Origin: an uncultured Pseudomonadota bacterium
GTDB lineage: Bacteria; Pseudomonadota; Gammaproteobacteria; Steroidobacterales; Steroidobacteraceae
Direction of reading: 5' to 3'
Assembly: GCA_903868595.1 (NCBI GenBank)
Contig: CAIPVV010000002.1
Span: 859 to 64,858, forward strand
Length of the DNA stretch: 64,000 nt
The notes under the pieces were generated by a model. The model saw only the letters and a list, made by a program, of their open reading frames with translations. It was not told the DNA's origin and made no database searches. The translations under genes and the position numbers were made by a program. Positions 8,715 through 18,049 of this stretch are shown piece after piece. The first letter of the stretch is position 1. Each line of letters opens with the position of its first letter.

Positions 8715-11027
8715 ATGCTGGTGATCCGCTTTTACAAGAATCGATCGGGGGTAGGCTTGAACGGTTTCCTGCGTGGGTTGGCTGCGGCCCTGATCGTGCT
8801 GTTGCTGCCGGCCTGTGGCGGCGGCGGGGGGGGTGGTTCACCCGCGACCTCGACCTCGACCTCGACGACGCCGACGCCCGCGCCGGTCGTGACGCTGAGC
8901 AGTTCCGCCAGCGATGTCCCCCAGAATTCCGCCGTGACGCTCACCTGGTCGGCGACCAACGCCAGTTCCTGTACCGCCAGCGGCGCGTGGTCCGGGACCC
9001 GTAGCGCCTCCGGTTCGTCCTCCGTGACCGTGGCGCAGGCGCAGGGCCAGACCTACAGCCTCGCGTGCACCGGCGCGGGCGGCAGCGGCTCGGCCAGCGT
9101 TGCGGTAACGGGCTGGAATGCCCCGACAGTGAGCGTGAGTGCCGATGAGACCGACCTGTTGGCGGGCAACACCGCGACGGTGACCTGGTCCGCCACCAAC
9201 GCCGTCAGCTGCACCGGCTCGGGCGGCTTCACCTCCGCCACGGGACTCTCCGGCAGCCTCACGACACCGCTGCTCAGCACCACCACGACCTACGCGCTCA
9301 GCTGCTCCAATCCCGGCTTCGCGGCGGTCGCGGGCCAGGTCACGATCAACGTCTCGGCCACCGTGACGCTGGCCGTGACACTGCAGTACCAGGCGCCGGG
9401 CGCGCCGATCCTCGATACCTCCATCAGCCGCTACGTGCCCAATTGGGCGAACCCCGTGAGCGCGGGGGTGCCGTTCGTGTACGCGGAACTGGCCAACGGC
9501 AGCGGTGCGATGCTGCAGAGTGGCTTTGCCGACCAGAATGGCGTGTCGACCTTCACCGGGCTCGCGCCGACCGCGACGGTGACGCCGCGCTTCCAGTCCC
9601 GCATCCAGTACGCCCCGCTGACCCTGGACTTCGAAGTCGTGGACAACGTGACGCCGCTCAACACGACCTCCACCGCCATCCGCAACCGCTATCCGGTCTA
9701 CAAGACCACGGCTGCCGCGTTTACGCCGTCGGGCAAGCGTGCCCACCAGGCGGTTACCGTCACCCTGCCGGACGGCTGGAACAGCACGACCTCCAGGCTG
9801 GTGGATGCCAACCGCGTGGCCGGACCGTACGAAGTACTCGCGGTGGCGACCCGGGAGGCACAGATCCTCTCCCGCGCCATCGGCGGCAATCCGGGCTGGC
9901 GGCAGCTCACCATCCTGTGGAGCACCGCGAACAAGGGCGGAAAATCGGCGCCACCGGATAACTTCGACCAGGGGTTCGTCACGGGATCCGGCGGCTACTA
10001 CAGCGCCAGCCACGGCGGCCTCGACGCGAGCGGTGCGACGACGGGATCGACGCTCTTCGAGGACTTCATTTACCTCTCCGGTGATCCGACCTTCGAGGCG
10101 ATGGAGATCTACCCGTTCATCATGTCGCATGAGATGGGCCACTTCATCCAGAGCCAGTTCTCGCACAGCAACAGCCCCGGTGGCTCCCACGCCTACACGG
10201 ACAACGAGGATCCGCGCCTCTCCTGGGGCGAGGGCAGCGCGAGCGGTATCGCGGCGCTGGTGCTGGGCACGCCGGAGGAGCGGCGGGTCGTCACTTCCGG
10301 CTCCACGATCATCGTCAGCATCGTGGACATCGCGCGCAACACGAACAATGGCAATCCGCAGACCTGGCCGGTCGGCTGGTACCAGGAGTCCACGATCGCG
10401 AACCTCATGTGGAGCCTGCAGGACCCGGCGGGCAGCATCGGCCTGGCGCCGGAGACGGTCCTGGCCGCCATGCTGGGCACGACCTGGAACAACCAGCCCT
10501 GGGCCGGCACGGTCTGGGCGTTCGTGAGCCAGCTCAAGAGCGCGAACCCCACAGTTTCAGCCCAGATCGATACCTGGTCGGCAAGCCACAATATCGATGC
10601 GGCCGGCGATGATGTGTGGGGCAGCACCGAATCGCACCTGCCCCAAGGCGTGGCGGCGGCCGACGTCCTGCCGCCCTACACGCTGATGAGCGTGGGCGTG
10701 CCGCTGCGGATCTGCTCGGCCGGCGCAGCCCTGAACTTCAACAAGGCCGGCAATAACCGCCTGCTGCGCCTGCCTGCGAGCAGCACCTCCAGGTCGCTCG
10801 TGATGCGCAGCGTGGCATCCGCGGTGCCCTATGCCCGCATTGGCGGGTTTGGCTCCTTCAGCGCCGGGCAAACCACCCTGACGGCCACCGGCGCGACGGC
10901 CCCGTCCACTGAGACGGTGGCTGCCGTGGGTGACTGCAGCGTGGTGCGCGAAGAGTTCTCGGCCACGGCCTGCCAGGAAGCCTCGACGCCCCCGAGCGAG
11001 CAATGCTGGAACCTGACGCTGCAATGA
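8715..11027 (+). CDS. lipoprotein with two tandem Ig-like modules and an HEXXH zinc-metalloprotease motif
   Basis: In-frame ATG at 8715 of track ORF 8139-11027; the upstream part overlaps the ADH gene. There is a lipobox-like LLLPAC followed by a Gly7-Ser/Thr linker. Two roughly 80-aa repeats are each built around TWSATNA.SCT.SG...Y.L.C. HEMGH lies at nt 10128-10142, followed by WGEGSASG, a possible third-ligand Glu. Confidence 0.75.
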   Translation: MLVIRFYKNRSGVGLNGFLRGLAAALIVLLLPACGGGGGGGSPATSTSTSTTPTPAPVVTLSSSASDVPQNSAVTLTWSATNASSCTASGAWSGTRSASGSSSVTVAQAQGQTYSLACTGAGGSGSASVAVTGWNAPTVSVSADETDLLAGNTATVTWSATNAVSCTGSGGFTSATGLSGSLTTPLLSTTTTYALSCSNPGFAAVAGQVTINVSATVTLAVTLQYQAPGAPILDTSISRYVPNWANPVSAGVPFVYAELANGSGAMLQSGFADQNGVSTFTGLAPTATVTPRFQSRIQYAPLTLDFEVVDNVTPLNTTSTAIRNRYPVYKTTAAAFTPSGKRAHQAVTVTLPDGWNSTTSRLVDANRVAGPYEVLAVATREAQILSRAIGGNPGWRQLTILWSTANKGGKSAPPDNFDQGFVTGSGGYYSASHGGLDASGATTGSTLFEDFIYLSGDPTFEAMEIYPFIMSHEMGHFIQSQFSHSNSPGGSHAYTDNEDPRLSWGEGSASGIAALVLGTPEERRVVTSGSTIIVSIVDIARNTNNGNPQTWPVGWYQESTIANLMWSLQDPAGSIGLAPETVLAAMLGTTWNNQPWAGTVWAFVSQLKSANPTVSAQIDTWSASHNIDAAGDDVWGSTESHLPQGVAAADVLPPYTLMSVGVPLRICSAGAALNFNKAGNNRLLRLPASSTSRSLVMRSVASAVPYARIGGFGSFSAGQTTLTATGATAPSTETVAAVGDCSVVREEFSATACQEASTPPSEQCWNLTLQ
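8883..9359 (+). repeat. tandem duplication (2 x ~240 nt) encoding two Cys-pair Ig-like modules inside the lipoprotein gene
   Basis: Residues 57-135 are PVVTLSSSASDVPQNSAVTLTWSATNASSCTASG...TYSLACTGAGG. Residues 136-215 are APTVSVSADETDLLAGNTATVTWSATNAVSCTGSG...TYALSCSNPGF. The two align colinearly. Confidence 0.7.
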
Positions 11028-11061
11028 TGAGCGACCGCCGCCCGACCACCGGAGCCCTGAC

Positions 11062-11562
11062 ATGAACCGACCCTCGCCCGCGCCACGTCGAGCGCTGCTC
11101 GCGGCCGTTGCCCTGCTGGCGCTGCTGGTGGGCGGGGCCGCCGCAGCGGTGCCGCAGGCCGCGCAGGCCTCGCCGGAGAGCGGCAATGAACTGGGTTTTA
11201 CCTACGCCATCGTCTCCACCGGCGGCGTGGTCACGGTGGACATTCGCCTCAAGCCCACGAGGAGCTTCGATACGGTCACCGTGGAGCCGGGCAGCGGGGT
11301 GGCGAGTCTCTCGCCGCCGTGCCAGCTCGTCTCGCTGGTGACGGGCGGCAGCTACGGCTGCCGCATCGAGGTGACGGGTACGGGGGATCAGCCCGGCATG
11401 ACGGTCAACGTCGTGGGGCTGCGGCGCAGTCCCGGCGTGCCGGTACCGGCCAGCGAGATCCACCACTTCTCGCTCTCCAATGCGAGCTTTGCGCCCGGCG
11501 CCAGGCCGCGCAGCCCATCCCAGCACGTGCTGCCCGGGTCGGCCAGTCACGCCAGCCCGTAG
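11062..11562 (+). CDS. small secreted protein of unknown function
   Basis: 166 aa with signal peptide MNRPSPAPRRALLAAVALLALLVGGAAAAVPQAAQA. It is beta-rich with one Cys pair (SPPCQLVSLVTGGSYGCRIEV) and starts 34 nt after the lipoprotein gene on the same strand. Confidence 0.55.
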   Translation: MNRPSPAPRRALLAAVALLALLVGGAAAAVPQAAQASPESGNELGFTYAIVSTGGVVTVDIRLKPTRSFDTVTVEPGSGVASLSPPCQLVSLVTGGSYGCRIEVTGTGDQPGMTVNVVGLRRSPGVPVPASEIHHFSLSNASFAPGARPRSPSQHVLPGSASHASP

Positions 11563-11577
11563 GAATAGGCCGGGCGG

Positions 11578-12507
11578 CTAGGCGTCCGGCGCCATGCGGG
11601 GCCAGAGGCTCTTGAAGGACTCGGTGATGAACTGCGTCGCGTCGCCGAGCTGGGACTCGAACTCCTTGGCGGGTGCCGCGGCCAGCACGTCGGCCGGTGC
11701 GTAACCCTTGCGAAGCATCCGGGTGAGCTGGTCGGCGACGCTGGCCACCATGGTGCGCTCGGCTTCCAGCTCCGCCTTGCCGATGACCTTCGTGCCCTGG
11801 GCGGTGACGACGCGCGTGTTGGCGTCGCAGAGGTCGATGAGCGCCTTGTAGCCGGCCACGGTGCCATTCACCCAGCCCCCGGTCACCCAGTCGGCCGTCG
11901 GCCAGCCGTTGCCGGCAACCACCCCGCCGGTCACCAGGACGTTGGCTTTCTGGAAGCGCACGTACAGGTCGCCATCGGTGTGGGCCTGCGGCAGGTACCC
12001 GTAGCGGACTTCCTCCTCGTCCAGCCCGAGCGATCCGCTCGTGTAGGTCGTGAGGTTCGGGCGGGCGCTCTCCGGCAGGCGGCGAATCGGCGCGGCGTCC
12101 GGCGTCAGGCGCACATCCGTGCTCAGCCACAGCCTGGTGTTCTCGTGCGCGATGATCTTCGCGCCGTCCTTGCCCAACTGCTCGTTGAGGCCCGTCTGGT
12201 CCGGGTGCCAATGCGTGTTGATGAGCGTGTGGGCGCGCTTGGCGCCGAGCTCGCGCAGGGCCTGGCCCAAGGCGGCGGCGCCGTACGGGCGGTTCCCGCC
12301 GTCCACCAGCAGCAGTCCCTGCCGATCACGCGCTGCGACAATGTTGCCCCCGGCACCGGTCAGCAGCAGCAGCGTATCGCTGAGCCGCGTGGACACCACG
12401 CGGCTGCCGGCCGCGTGCGCCCAGCCCGGCAGGCTTGCCAATCCCAGGGCCGCGGCGCCGGCCAGGCCGGTGCGCAGAAAGTGTCGACGATCCAGGGCGT
12501 GGCTCAT
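11578..12507 (-). CDS. MBL-fold metallo-hydrolase with twin-arginine signal
   Basis: 309 aa. Contains MSHALDRRHFLRTGLAGAAALGLA (Tat motif), the metallo-beta-lactamase motif INTHWHPDQTG and a later HTDGD. Confidence 0.85.
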   Translation of the reverse strand: MSHALDRRHFLRTGLAGAAALGLASLPGWAHAAGSRVVSTRLSDTLLLLTGAGGNIVAARDRQGLLLVDGGNRPYGAAALGQALRELGAKRAHTLINTHWHPDQTGLNEQLGKDGAKIIAHENTRLWLSTDVRLTPDAAPIRRLPESARPNLTTYTSGSLGLDEEEVRYGYLPQAHTDGDLYVRFQKANVLVTGGVVAGNGWPTADWVTGGWVNGTVAGYKALIDLCDANTRVVTAQGTKVIGKAELEAERTMVASVADQLTRMLRKGYAPADVLAAAPAKEFESQLGDATQFITESFKSLWPRMAPDA

Positions 12508-12647
12508 GGGCCGGCACTGTAGCGCAATCCACCGGAGGGGAAATCCCCCTCCCCAATACGCCCTGATCCCGCGGGCCTTTCTGACCTAATATCCCGTCCT
12601 AATGACAGGGGCGCCGGGGGGCGTCCCGCCCACGGAGATCTGCACAG

Positions 12648-15113
12648 ATGCGTAATCGGCTTTGGGCTGCGCTGTTGCTGGCCGCCGGCGTGAGCGGCTT
12701 TTCGGCGCTGCCTGCGGCCGAGAGGTCTGCGGCTGCCGCAGCGGCGCCACCATCCCCCGCCGCCGTGGCCGGGGCGGTTGGGCATTTCGCGATGCTGGGC
12801 AAGTACTGCATGGAGTGCCACAACACCACCGACTGGGCCGGTGGCATCGCGCTGGACACGATGCTGCCGGAGGGGATCCCCGCCGATGCCAAGACCTGGG
12901 AGAAGGTGCTCAACCGCACGCGCGGCGGCCTGATGCCGCCGCCGGGGGAGCCGCGGCCGCCCGCGCAGCAGCTCACCGCCTTCATTTCCTGGATGGAGGG
13001 CACGATCGACAAGGCCGCGCTGGGCCACGTGGACCCGGGCCAGGTCGCGCTGCACCGCCTGAACCGCCGCGAGTACGCCAATGCCGTGCAGTACCTGCTG
13101 GGCGTGGAACTGGATCCGGCCGCGCTGCTGCCGCAGGATGACTACAGCGATGGCTTCGACAACATCGCCAAGGTGCTGCAGGTCTCCCCGTCGTTCCTCG
13201 ACCAGTACCTGGCCGCGGCGCGCAACGTCGCGCTGCTGGCGGTGGGCAACCCGGCCGCCCGGCCGGCCGGCACGCCGTACGTCAATACCGACGGCGGCAA
13301 GCAGCTCACGCACGTGGAGGGCCTGCCGCTGGGTACCCGCGGCGGCATGGTGGTGGACCATATCTTCCCGGCCGACGGCGAGTACGAGCTCAACATCGGT
13401 GACATGGCCCACGCGCTGTGGGTGGAGGGCATGGAGTTCAAGAACTCGCTCGTCGTGCTGCTGGACGGCCGGAGGGTCTACGAGACCACGCTGGGCGGCG
13501 AGGAGGACCAGCGTGCGATCGACCAGAAGGGCGACCCGTCGGTCGATGCGATCAACAAGCGCCTGAAGAACATCCGGTTCAAGGCCAAGGCCGGCCAGCA
13601 CAAGCTGGGCGTGACCTTCCAGGCCCGCACCTTCGCCGAATCCGACTCGCGCCTGGCGCCGTTGCTGCCGGGCGGAGGCGAGGACCGCGTGCTGCGGGTG
13701 AAGAGCTTTGAGGTGCGGGGTCCGTTCCAGGCCAGTGGCGTCAGCGACACCGCCAGCCGCAAGCTGATCTTCACCTGCTACCCCAAGAGCCAGGCAGAGG
13801 AGCTGCCCTGCGCGCAGCAGATCCTCTCCCGCATCGCCCGCCGCGCCTACCGCCGGCCGCTGGGGGACCTGGACCTGCAGGAGCTGGTGAAGGCCTTTGG
13901 CGCCGCGCGCCAAGGCCGCAGCTTCGATGAGGGCATCCGGGGTGCGCTGACGCGCCTGCTGGCCAGCCCCGACTTCCTCTACCGCGCCGAGCAGGCCCCC
14001 GCCGACGTCGGTCCGGGCGAGACCTATCGGCTCACGGACCTGCAGCTGGCCTCGCGCCTGTCGTTCTTCCTGTGGAGCAACGTGCCGGACGATGAGCTGC
14101 TGGACGTGGCGTCGCGCGGCGAGCTCTCCAAGCCCGGGCAACTTGAGAAACAGGTGCGGCGCATGCTGGCCGACAGCAAGGCGCAGACGCTGGCCGCGGA
14201 CTTCGCGTTCCAGTGGCTGGGGATGAAGAAGCTGGCCGACATCGAGCCGGACGAAGCCGTCTTCCCGTACGCCTCCAACCACCGCGACATCGACGGCGAC
14301 CCGCGCAAGGACTTCCGCGAGGAGCTGCGCCTGTTCATCGACAGCGTGTTCCGCGAGAACCGCAGCGTCACGGAGCTGCTGACCGCCAACTACACCTTCC
14401 TGAACGAGCCCCTGGCGCTGCACTACGGCATCCGGGACGTGAAGGGCGCCAACTTCCGCAGAGTCACGCTGCCGGACAGCGCGCGCGCGGGGCTGCTGGG
14501 CAAGGGCGCGGTGCTGATGGTCACCTCCTATCCGAACCGGACCGCCCCGGTGTTGCGCGGCGAGTGGATCCTGGACAACATCCTGGGTGCACCGCCGACC
14601 CCGCCGCCGCCGAACGTGGAGGCGCTGAAGGAGCCGGTTGCCGGTGGCAAGGTGCTTTCGGTGCGCGAGCTCATGGTCGCCCACGCGGGCCAGAAGTCCT
14701 GCCATGCCTGCCATGGCGTCATGGACCCGCTCGGTTTTTCGCTGGAGAACTTCGACGGCGTCGGCCACTGGCGCGACAAGGACCGCATGGCGGGTTCGGC
14801 GATCGACACCACCGCGGTGCTGCCGGATGGCACGCCGGTCAACGGTCCCGGCGACCTGCGCAAGGCACTGCTCGCCAACCAGGGCCAGTTCGTGCAGACG
14901 CTGACTCAGAAACTCATGAGCTACGGGACGGGGCGGCTGGTGGAATGGCAGGACATGCCGACCATCCGCGGGATCGTCCACGAGGCCGCCAGGAGCGACT
15001 ACAGGTTCGTCCCGCTGCTGATGGGCATTCTCAACAGTCCGCAGTTCCAGATGAAGCGCGTACCGGTCGACAAGCCGCTGCCGCAGAACCGGCAGGCCGC
15101 GGTCGTCCCGTAA
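12648..15113 (+). CDS. DUF1592/DUF1587/DUF1595/DUF1588/DUF1585-type multidomain protein with two CXXCH motifs
   Basis: 821 aa with a signal peptide. CMECH lies at nt 12807-12821 and CHACH at nt 14700-14714 (KSCHACHGVMDPLGFSLENFDGVGHWR, DUF1585-like). LHRLNRREYANAVQYLLGVE is DUF1587-like. Confidence 0.85.
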   Translation: MRNRLWAALLLAAGVSGFSALPAAERSAAAAAAPPSPAAVAGAVGHFAMLGKYCMECHNTTDWAGGIALDTMLPEGIPADAKTWEKVLNRTRGGLMPPPGEPRPPAQQLTAFISWMEGTIDKAALGHVDPGQVALHRLNRREYANAVQYLLGVELDPAALLPQDDYSDGFDNIAKVLQVSPSFLDQYLAAARNVALLAVGNPAARPAGTPYVNTDGGKQLTHVEGLPLGTRGGMVVDHIFPADGEYELNIGDMAHALWVEGMEFKNSLVVLLDGRRVYETTLGGEEDQRAIDQKGDPSVDAINKRLKNIRFKAKAGQHKLGVTFQARTFAESDSRLAPLLPGGGEDRVLRVKSFEVRGPFQASGVSDTASRKLIFTCYPKSQAEELPCAQQILSRIARRAYRRPLGDLDLQELVKAFGAARQGRSFDEGIRGALTRLLASPDFLYRAEQAPADVGPGETYRLTDLQLASRLSFFLWSNVPDDELLDVASRGELSKPGQLEKQVRRMLADSKAQTLAADFAFQWLGMKKLADIEPDEAVFPYASNHRDIDGDPRKDFREELRLFIDSVFRENRSVTELLTANYTFLNEPLALHYGIRDVKGANFRRVTLPDSARAGLLGKGAVLMVTSYPNRTAPVLRGEWILDNILGAPPTPPPPNVEALKEPVAGGKVLSVRELMVAHAGQKSCHACHGVMDPLGFSLENFDGVGHWRDKDRMAGSAIDTTAVLPDGTPVNGPGDLRKALLANQGQFVQTLTQKLMSYGTGRLVEWQDMPTIRGIVHEAARSDYRFVPLLMGILNSPQFQMKRVPVDKPLPQNRQAAVVP

Positions 15114-15134
15114 GTGCCGAAGAGGTCAGTACAG

Positions 15135-16445
15135 ATGTTTATCACCAAGAAGTTCCTGGATCGCCGCACCGTCCTCAAGGGCGCCGGAGCCACCATCGCC
15201 CTGCCGCTGCTGGATGCGATGATTCCGGCCAGCACCGCCCTGGCCGACACGGCCGCCAAGCCCCTGCCAAAGCTGGGCTTCATCTACTTCCCGCACGGCG
15301 CGGTGATGGCCGAGTGGTCGCCGAAGGCCACGGGCACGCAGTTCGAGATCCCCAAGATCCTCGAGCCTGCCGCCCAGCACAGGAGCCACATGACGATCGT
15401 CAGTGGCCTGCGCAACCGCGGCGGGGAGAGCAACACGCCCCACGCGATCATCGCCGGCACCTGGCTGGGCTGCGTCGCCCCCGCGGTGAGCCACGACCCG
15501 CGGGCCGGCACGACGCTGGACCAGATGGCGGCGCGGGTCATCAGCAACGACACGGCCTTCCCGTCGCTGGAGCTCTCCACCGAGGGCGGCACGGTCTGCG
15601 ACCCGGCCTACGGCTGCAGCTACGGCAATACGATCTCCTTCCGCTCCCCCACCCAGCCGCTGCCGATGGAGTACAACCCGCGCAAGGTGTTCTATCGCCT
15701 CTTCGGGCAGGGCGACACGGCGGATGAGCGCACCGCGATCGTCAGGGAGACCGGCAGCATCCTGGACTCCATCGCCGGGGATGCCAGGACCTTGGCGAAG
15801 CGGCTGGGCGGCCCGGACCAGGTGATGGTGGCCGACTACCTCGACTCGGTGCGCGAGATCGAGCGGCGCGTGCAGAAGATGCAGAGCCAGGGGCTGGGCG
15901 GCGTGCAGCTGCCGGACGCGCCGGTCGGTATCCCGGCGGATTTCGAGGAGCACCTGAAGCTCCTGTTCGAGATGATCACGCTCGCCTACCAGGCGAACCT
16001 GACGCGCGTGGCCACGTTCATGATGGCGCGCGAGGTGAGCATGCGCACCTACAACAACCTGGGCATCTCGGATGCGTTCCATCCGCTCTCGCACCACCAG
16101 AACAACCCCGAGAAGATGGCCAAGCTGGTCAAGGTGCAGACCTTCCATACGAAGGTGTTCACCACCTTCCTCGACCGCCTGGCCAAGACGCCGGACGGCG
16201 ACGGCAGCCTGCTGGATCATTCGCTGATCCTGTTCGGCAGCAACATGAGCAACAGCGATATTCACAACAACAACCCGCTGCCCGCGGCGGTGTTCGGCAA
16301 GGCCTATGGCCGGATCAAGGGTGGCCAGCACATCCAGATGCCGGCCGATACGCCGCTGGCGAACCTGCACCTCACGCTGCTGGATCGGGCCGGCGTGCCG
16401 GTGGAGCGGTTCGCCGACAGCACCGGCCTGATCAAGGAGCTCTGA
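15135..16445 (+). CDS. DUF1552 family protein with Tat-type signal
   Basis: ATG at 15135 with GAAGAGG upstream, inside track ORF 15114-16445. MFITKKFLDRRTVLKGAGATIALPLLDAM is a twin-arginine motif. The DAFHPLSHHQ motif is typical of DUF1552, the usual partner of DUF1592. Confidence 0.85.
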   Translation: MFITKKFLDRRTVLKGAGATIALPLLDAMIPASTALADTAAKPLPKLGFIYFPHGAVMAEWSPKATGTQFEIPKILEPAAQHRSHMTIVSGLRNRGGESNTPHAIIAGTWLGCVAPAVSHDPRAGTTLDQMAARVISNDTAFPSLELSTEGGTVCDPAYGCSYGNTISFRSPTQPLPMEYNPRKVFYRLFGQGDTADERTAIVRETGSILDSIAGDARTLAKRLGGPDQVMVADYLDSVREIERRVQKMQSQGLGGVQLPDAPVGIPADFEEHLKLLFEMITLAYQANLTRVATFMMAREVSMRTYNNLGISDAFHPLSHHQNNPEKMAKLVKVQTFHTKVFTTFLDRLAKTPDGDGSLLDHSLILFGSNMSNSDIHNNNPLPAAVFGKAYGRIKGGQHIQMPADTPLANLHLTLLDRAGVPVERFADSTGLIKEL

Positions 16446-16451
16446 AGCCCC

Positions 16452-18020
16452 ATGCGCCTACTCGTGATGGCGGCGCTCGCCGCGGTGGTGGCCGCCCCCG
16501 CGTTGGCCGGTGAGGGCGCGAACGCCCAGCTCCTGGAGGCCGCGAAGTCGCAGGATCCGGAGACGGCCCTGTATGCGCTGAAGGCCGGTGCCGATCCGCA
16601 GTCGCGCGAGCCGGATGGCACCACGGCGCTGCATTACGCCGCCCACTACGGCAGCGTCGCGCTGGTCGGCGCACTGCTGCGGGCGAAGGCCGATCCCAAT
16701 GCCCGCAACGAGTTTGGCTCAACGCCGCTGGCCGAGGCAGCGACGCTGGGCGAGGCGAAGGTCATCGAGCTGCTGCTCAAGGCCGGCGCCGACGTCGAGG
16801 CGCGCAATCCCGAGGGGCAGACGGCGCTCATGGCGGTGGCCCGTACCGGCCGCGTCGATGCGGCCCGGCTCCTGATCCAGCACGGCGCGCAGGTCAATGC
16901 CAAGGAATCCTGGGGTGGCCAGTCGGCGCTCATGTGGGCTGCGGCCCAGAGCCAGGCGGAGATGGTGAAGCTGCTGGTGGGCAGCCACGCGGACGTCAAT
17001 GCCCGCGGCAGCATCCGCGAGTGGCAGCGCCGCGTCACGGCCGAGCCGCGGCCCAAGGGCATGAACCGCGGCGGCTTCACGCCGCTGCTCTACGCGGCGC
17101 GGGAGGGCTGCATCGACTGCGCCAAGGCGCTGCTGGCCGGCAAGGCCGATATCAACCGTGCCGACCCGGAGCGCTCCAGTCCCTTGCTGGTGGCGCTGAT
17201 GAACCTGCACTTTGACTTCGCGGCCTATCTGATCCAGGCCGGCGCCGACGTCGACCTGTGGGACCTGTACGGGCAGACGCCGCTGTACGTCGCGGTGGAC
17301 ATGAACACGCTGCCCCGCGGTGGCCGGCCGGACCTGCCCAGCGAGGACCGCCTGAGCGGCCTGGACGTGGCGCAGCTGCTGCTGGAGGCCGGCGCGAACC
17401 CCAATATCCAGCTCAAGCTGCGCCCGCCGTACCGCAACTACATCTTCGACCGGGGCGGCGACCAGGTGCTCTCCACGGGGGCCACCGCGCTGCTGCGCGC
17501 GGCCAAGGGCGGCGATGTGGCGGCAGTGAAGCTGCTGCTGGCGCACAAGGCGCTGGTGGACCTGCCCAACGAGGATGGCGTGACGCCGCTGATGGTCGCC
17601 GCCGGCATGGGCCACGGCGCGAATCCCACCCGCGGCCGCTACAAGACGGACGCGGAGGCCGTGGAGTGCGTGCGGCTGCTGCAGGCGGCGGGCGCGCAGG
17701 TCAACGCGCGCAACCGGACCCGCCTGACGGCGCTGCACAGCGCGGCCCAGCACGGCTGGAACGCGACCGTGAAGCGGCTGGTGGCCGATGGCGCGCAGCT
17801 GGAGGCGGAGGAGGCCGGTGGCCTGACGCCCCTGGACTACGCCGCCGGCCGCTATGCGCGCGCCTTCCTGGAGCCGGAGCCCAAGCAGTACCCGGAGACG
17901 ATGGCCTTGCTGCGCGGCTATATTGTGGCCGCGACCGGCCGCGAGCCCAAGGAATCCAAGGGCCCGCGTCCGGCGCAGACCCGCGGCACGGGGGGCACGG
18001 AACAGGCCCAGGCGCGTTAG
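16452..18020 (+). CDS. secreted ankyrin-repeat protein
   Basis: 522 aa with Sec-type signal MRLLVMAALAAVVAAPALAGEG. It carries more than 10 repeats of the G.TALH.AA..G....V..LL..GAD.N type. Confidence 0.85.
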   Translation: MRLLVMAALAAVVAAPALAGEGANAQLLEAAKSQDPETALYALKAGADPQSREPDGTTALHYAAHYGSVALVGALLRAKADPNARNEFGSTPLAEAATLGEAKVIELLLKAGADVEARNPEGQTALMAVARTGRVDAARLLIQHGAQVNAKESWGGQSALMWAAAQSQAEMVKLLVGSHADVNARGSIREWQRRVTAEPRPKGMNRGGFTPLLYAAREGCIDCAKALLAGKADINRADPERSSPLLVALMNLHFDFAAYLIQAGADVDLWDLYGQTPLYVAVDMNTLPRGGRPDLPSEDRLSGLDVAQLLLEAGANPNIQLKLRPPYRNYIFDRGGDQVLSTGATALLRAAKGGDVAAVKLLLAHKALVDLPNEDGVTPLMVAAGMGHGANPTRGRYKTDAEAVECVRLLQAAGAQVNARNRTRLTALHSAAQHGWNATVKRLVADGAQLEAEEAGGLTPLDYAAGRYARAFLEPEPKQYPETMALLRGYIVAATGREPKESKGPRPAQTRGTGGTEQAQAR

Positions 18021-18049
18021 AGCTACCGCTTGCCGACACGAGGTGACGA

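Noticed and set aside
5524-8841. Very long antisense ORFs, for example 5524-8841 (-) 1105 aa, 12504-14981 (-) 825 aa, 25430-27568 (+) 712 aa, 40628-42847 (-) 739 aa, 43867-45960 (-) 697 aa and 56772-60278 (-) 1168 aa
   Set aside because: Each lies opposite a gene with clear family motifs. Their translations are Arg/Gly/Pro/Ala/His-rich with no recognisable motifs. These are the expected stop-poor shadow frames of a ~70% GC genome.
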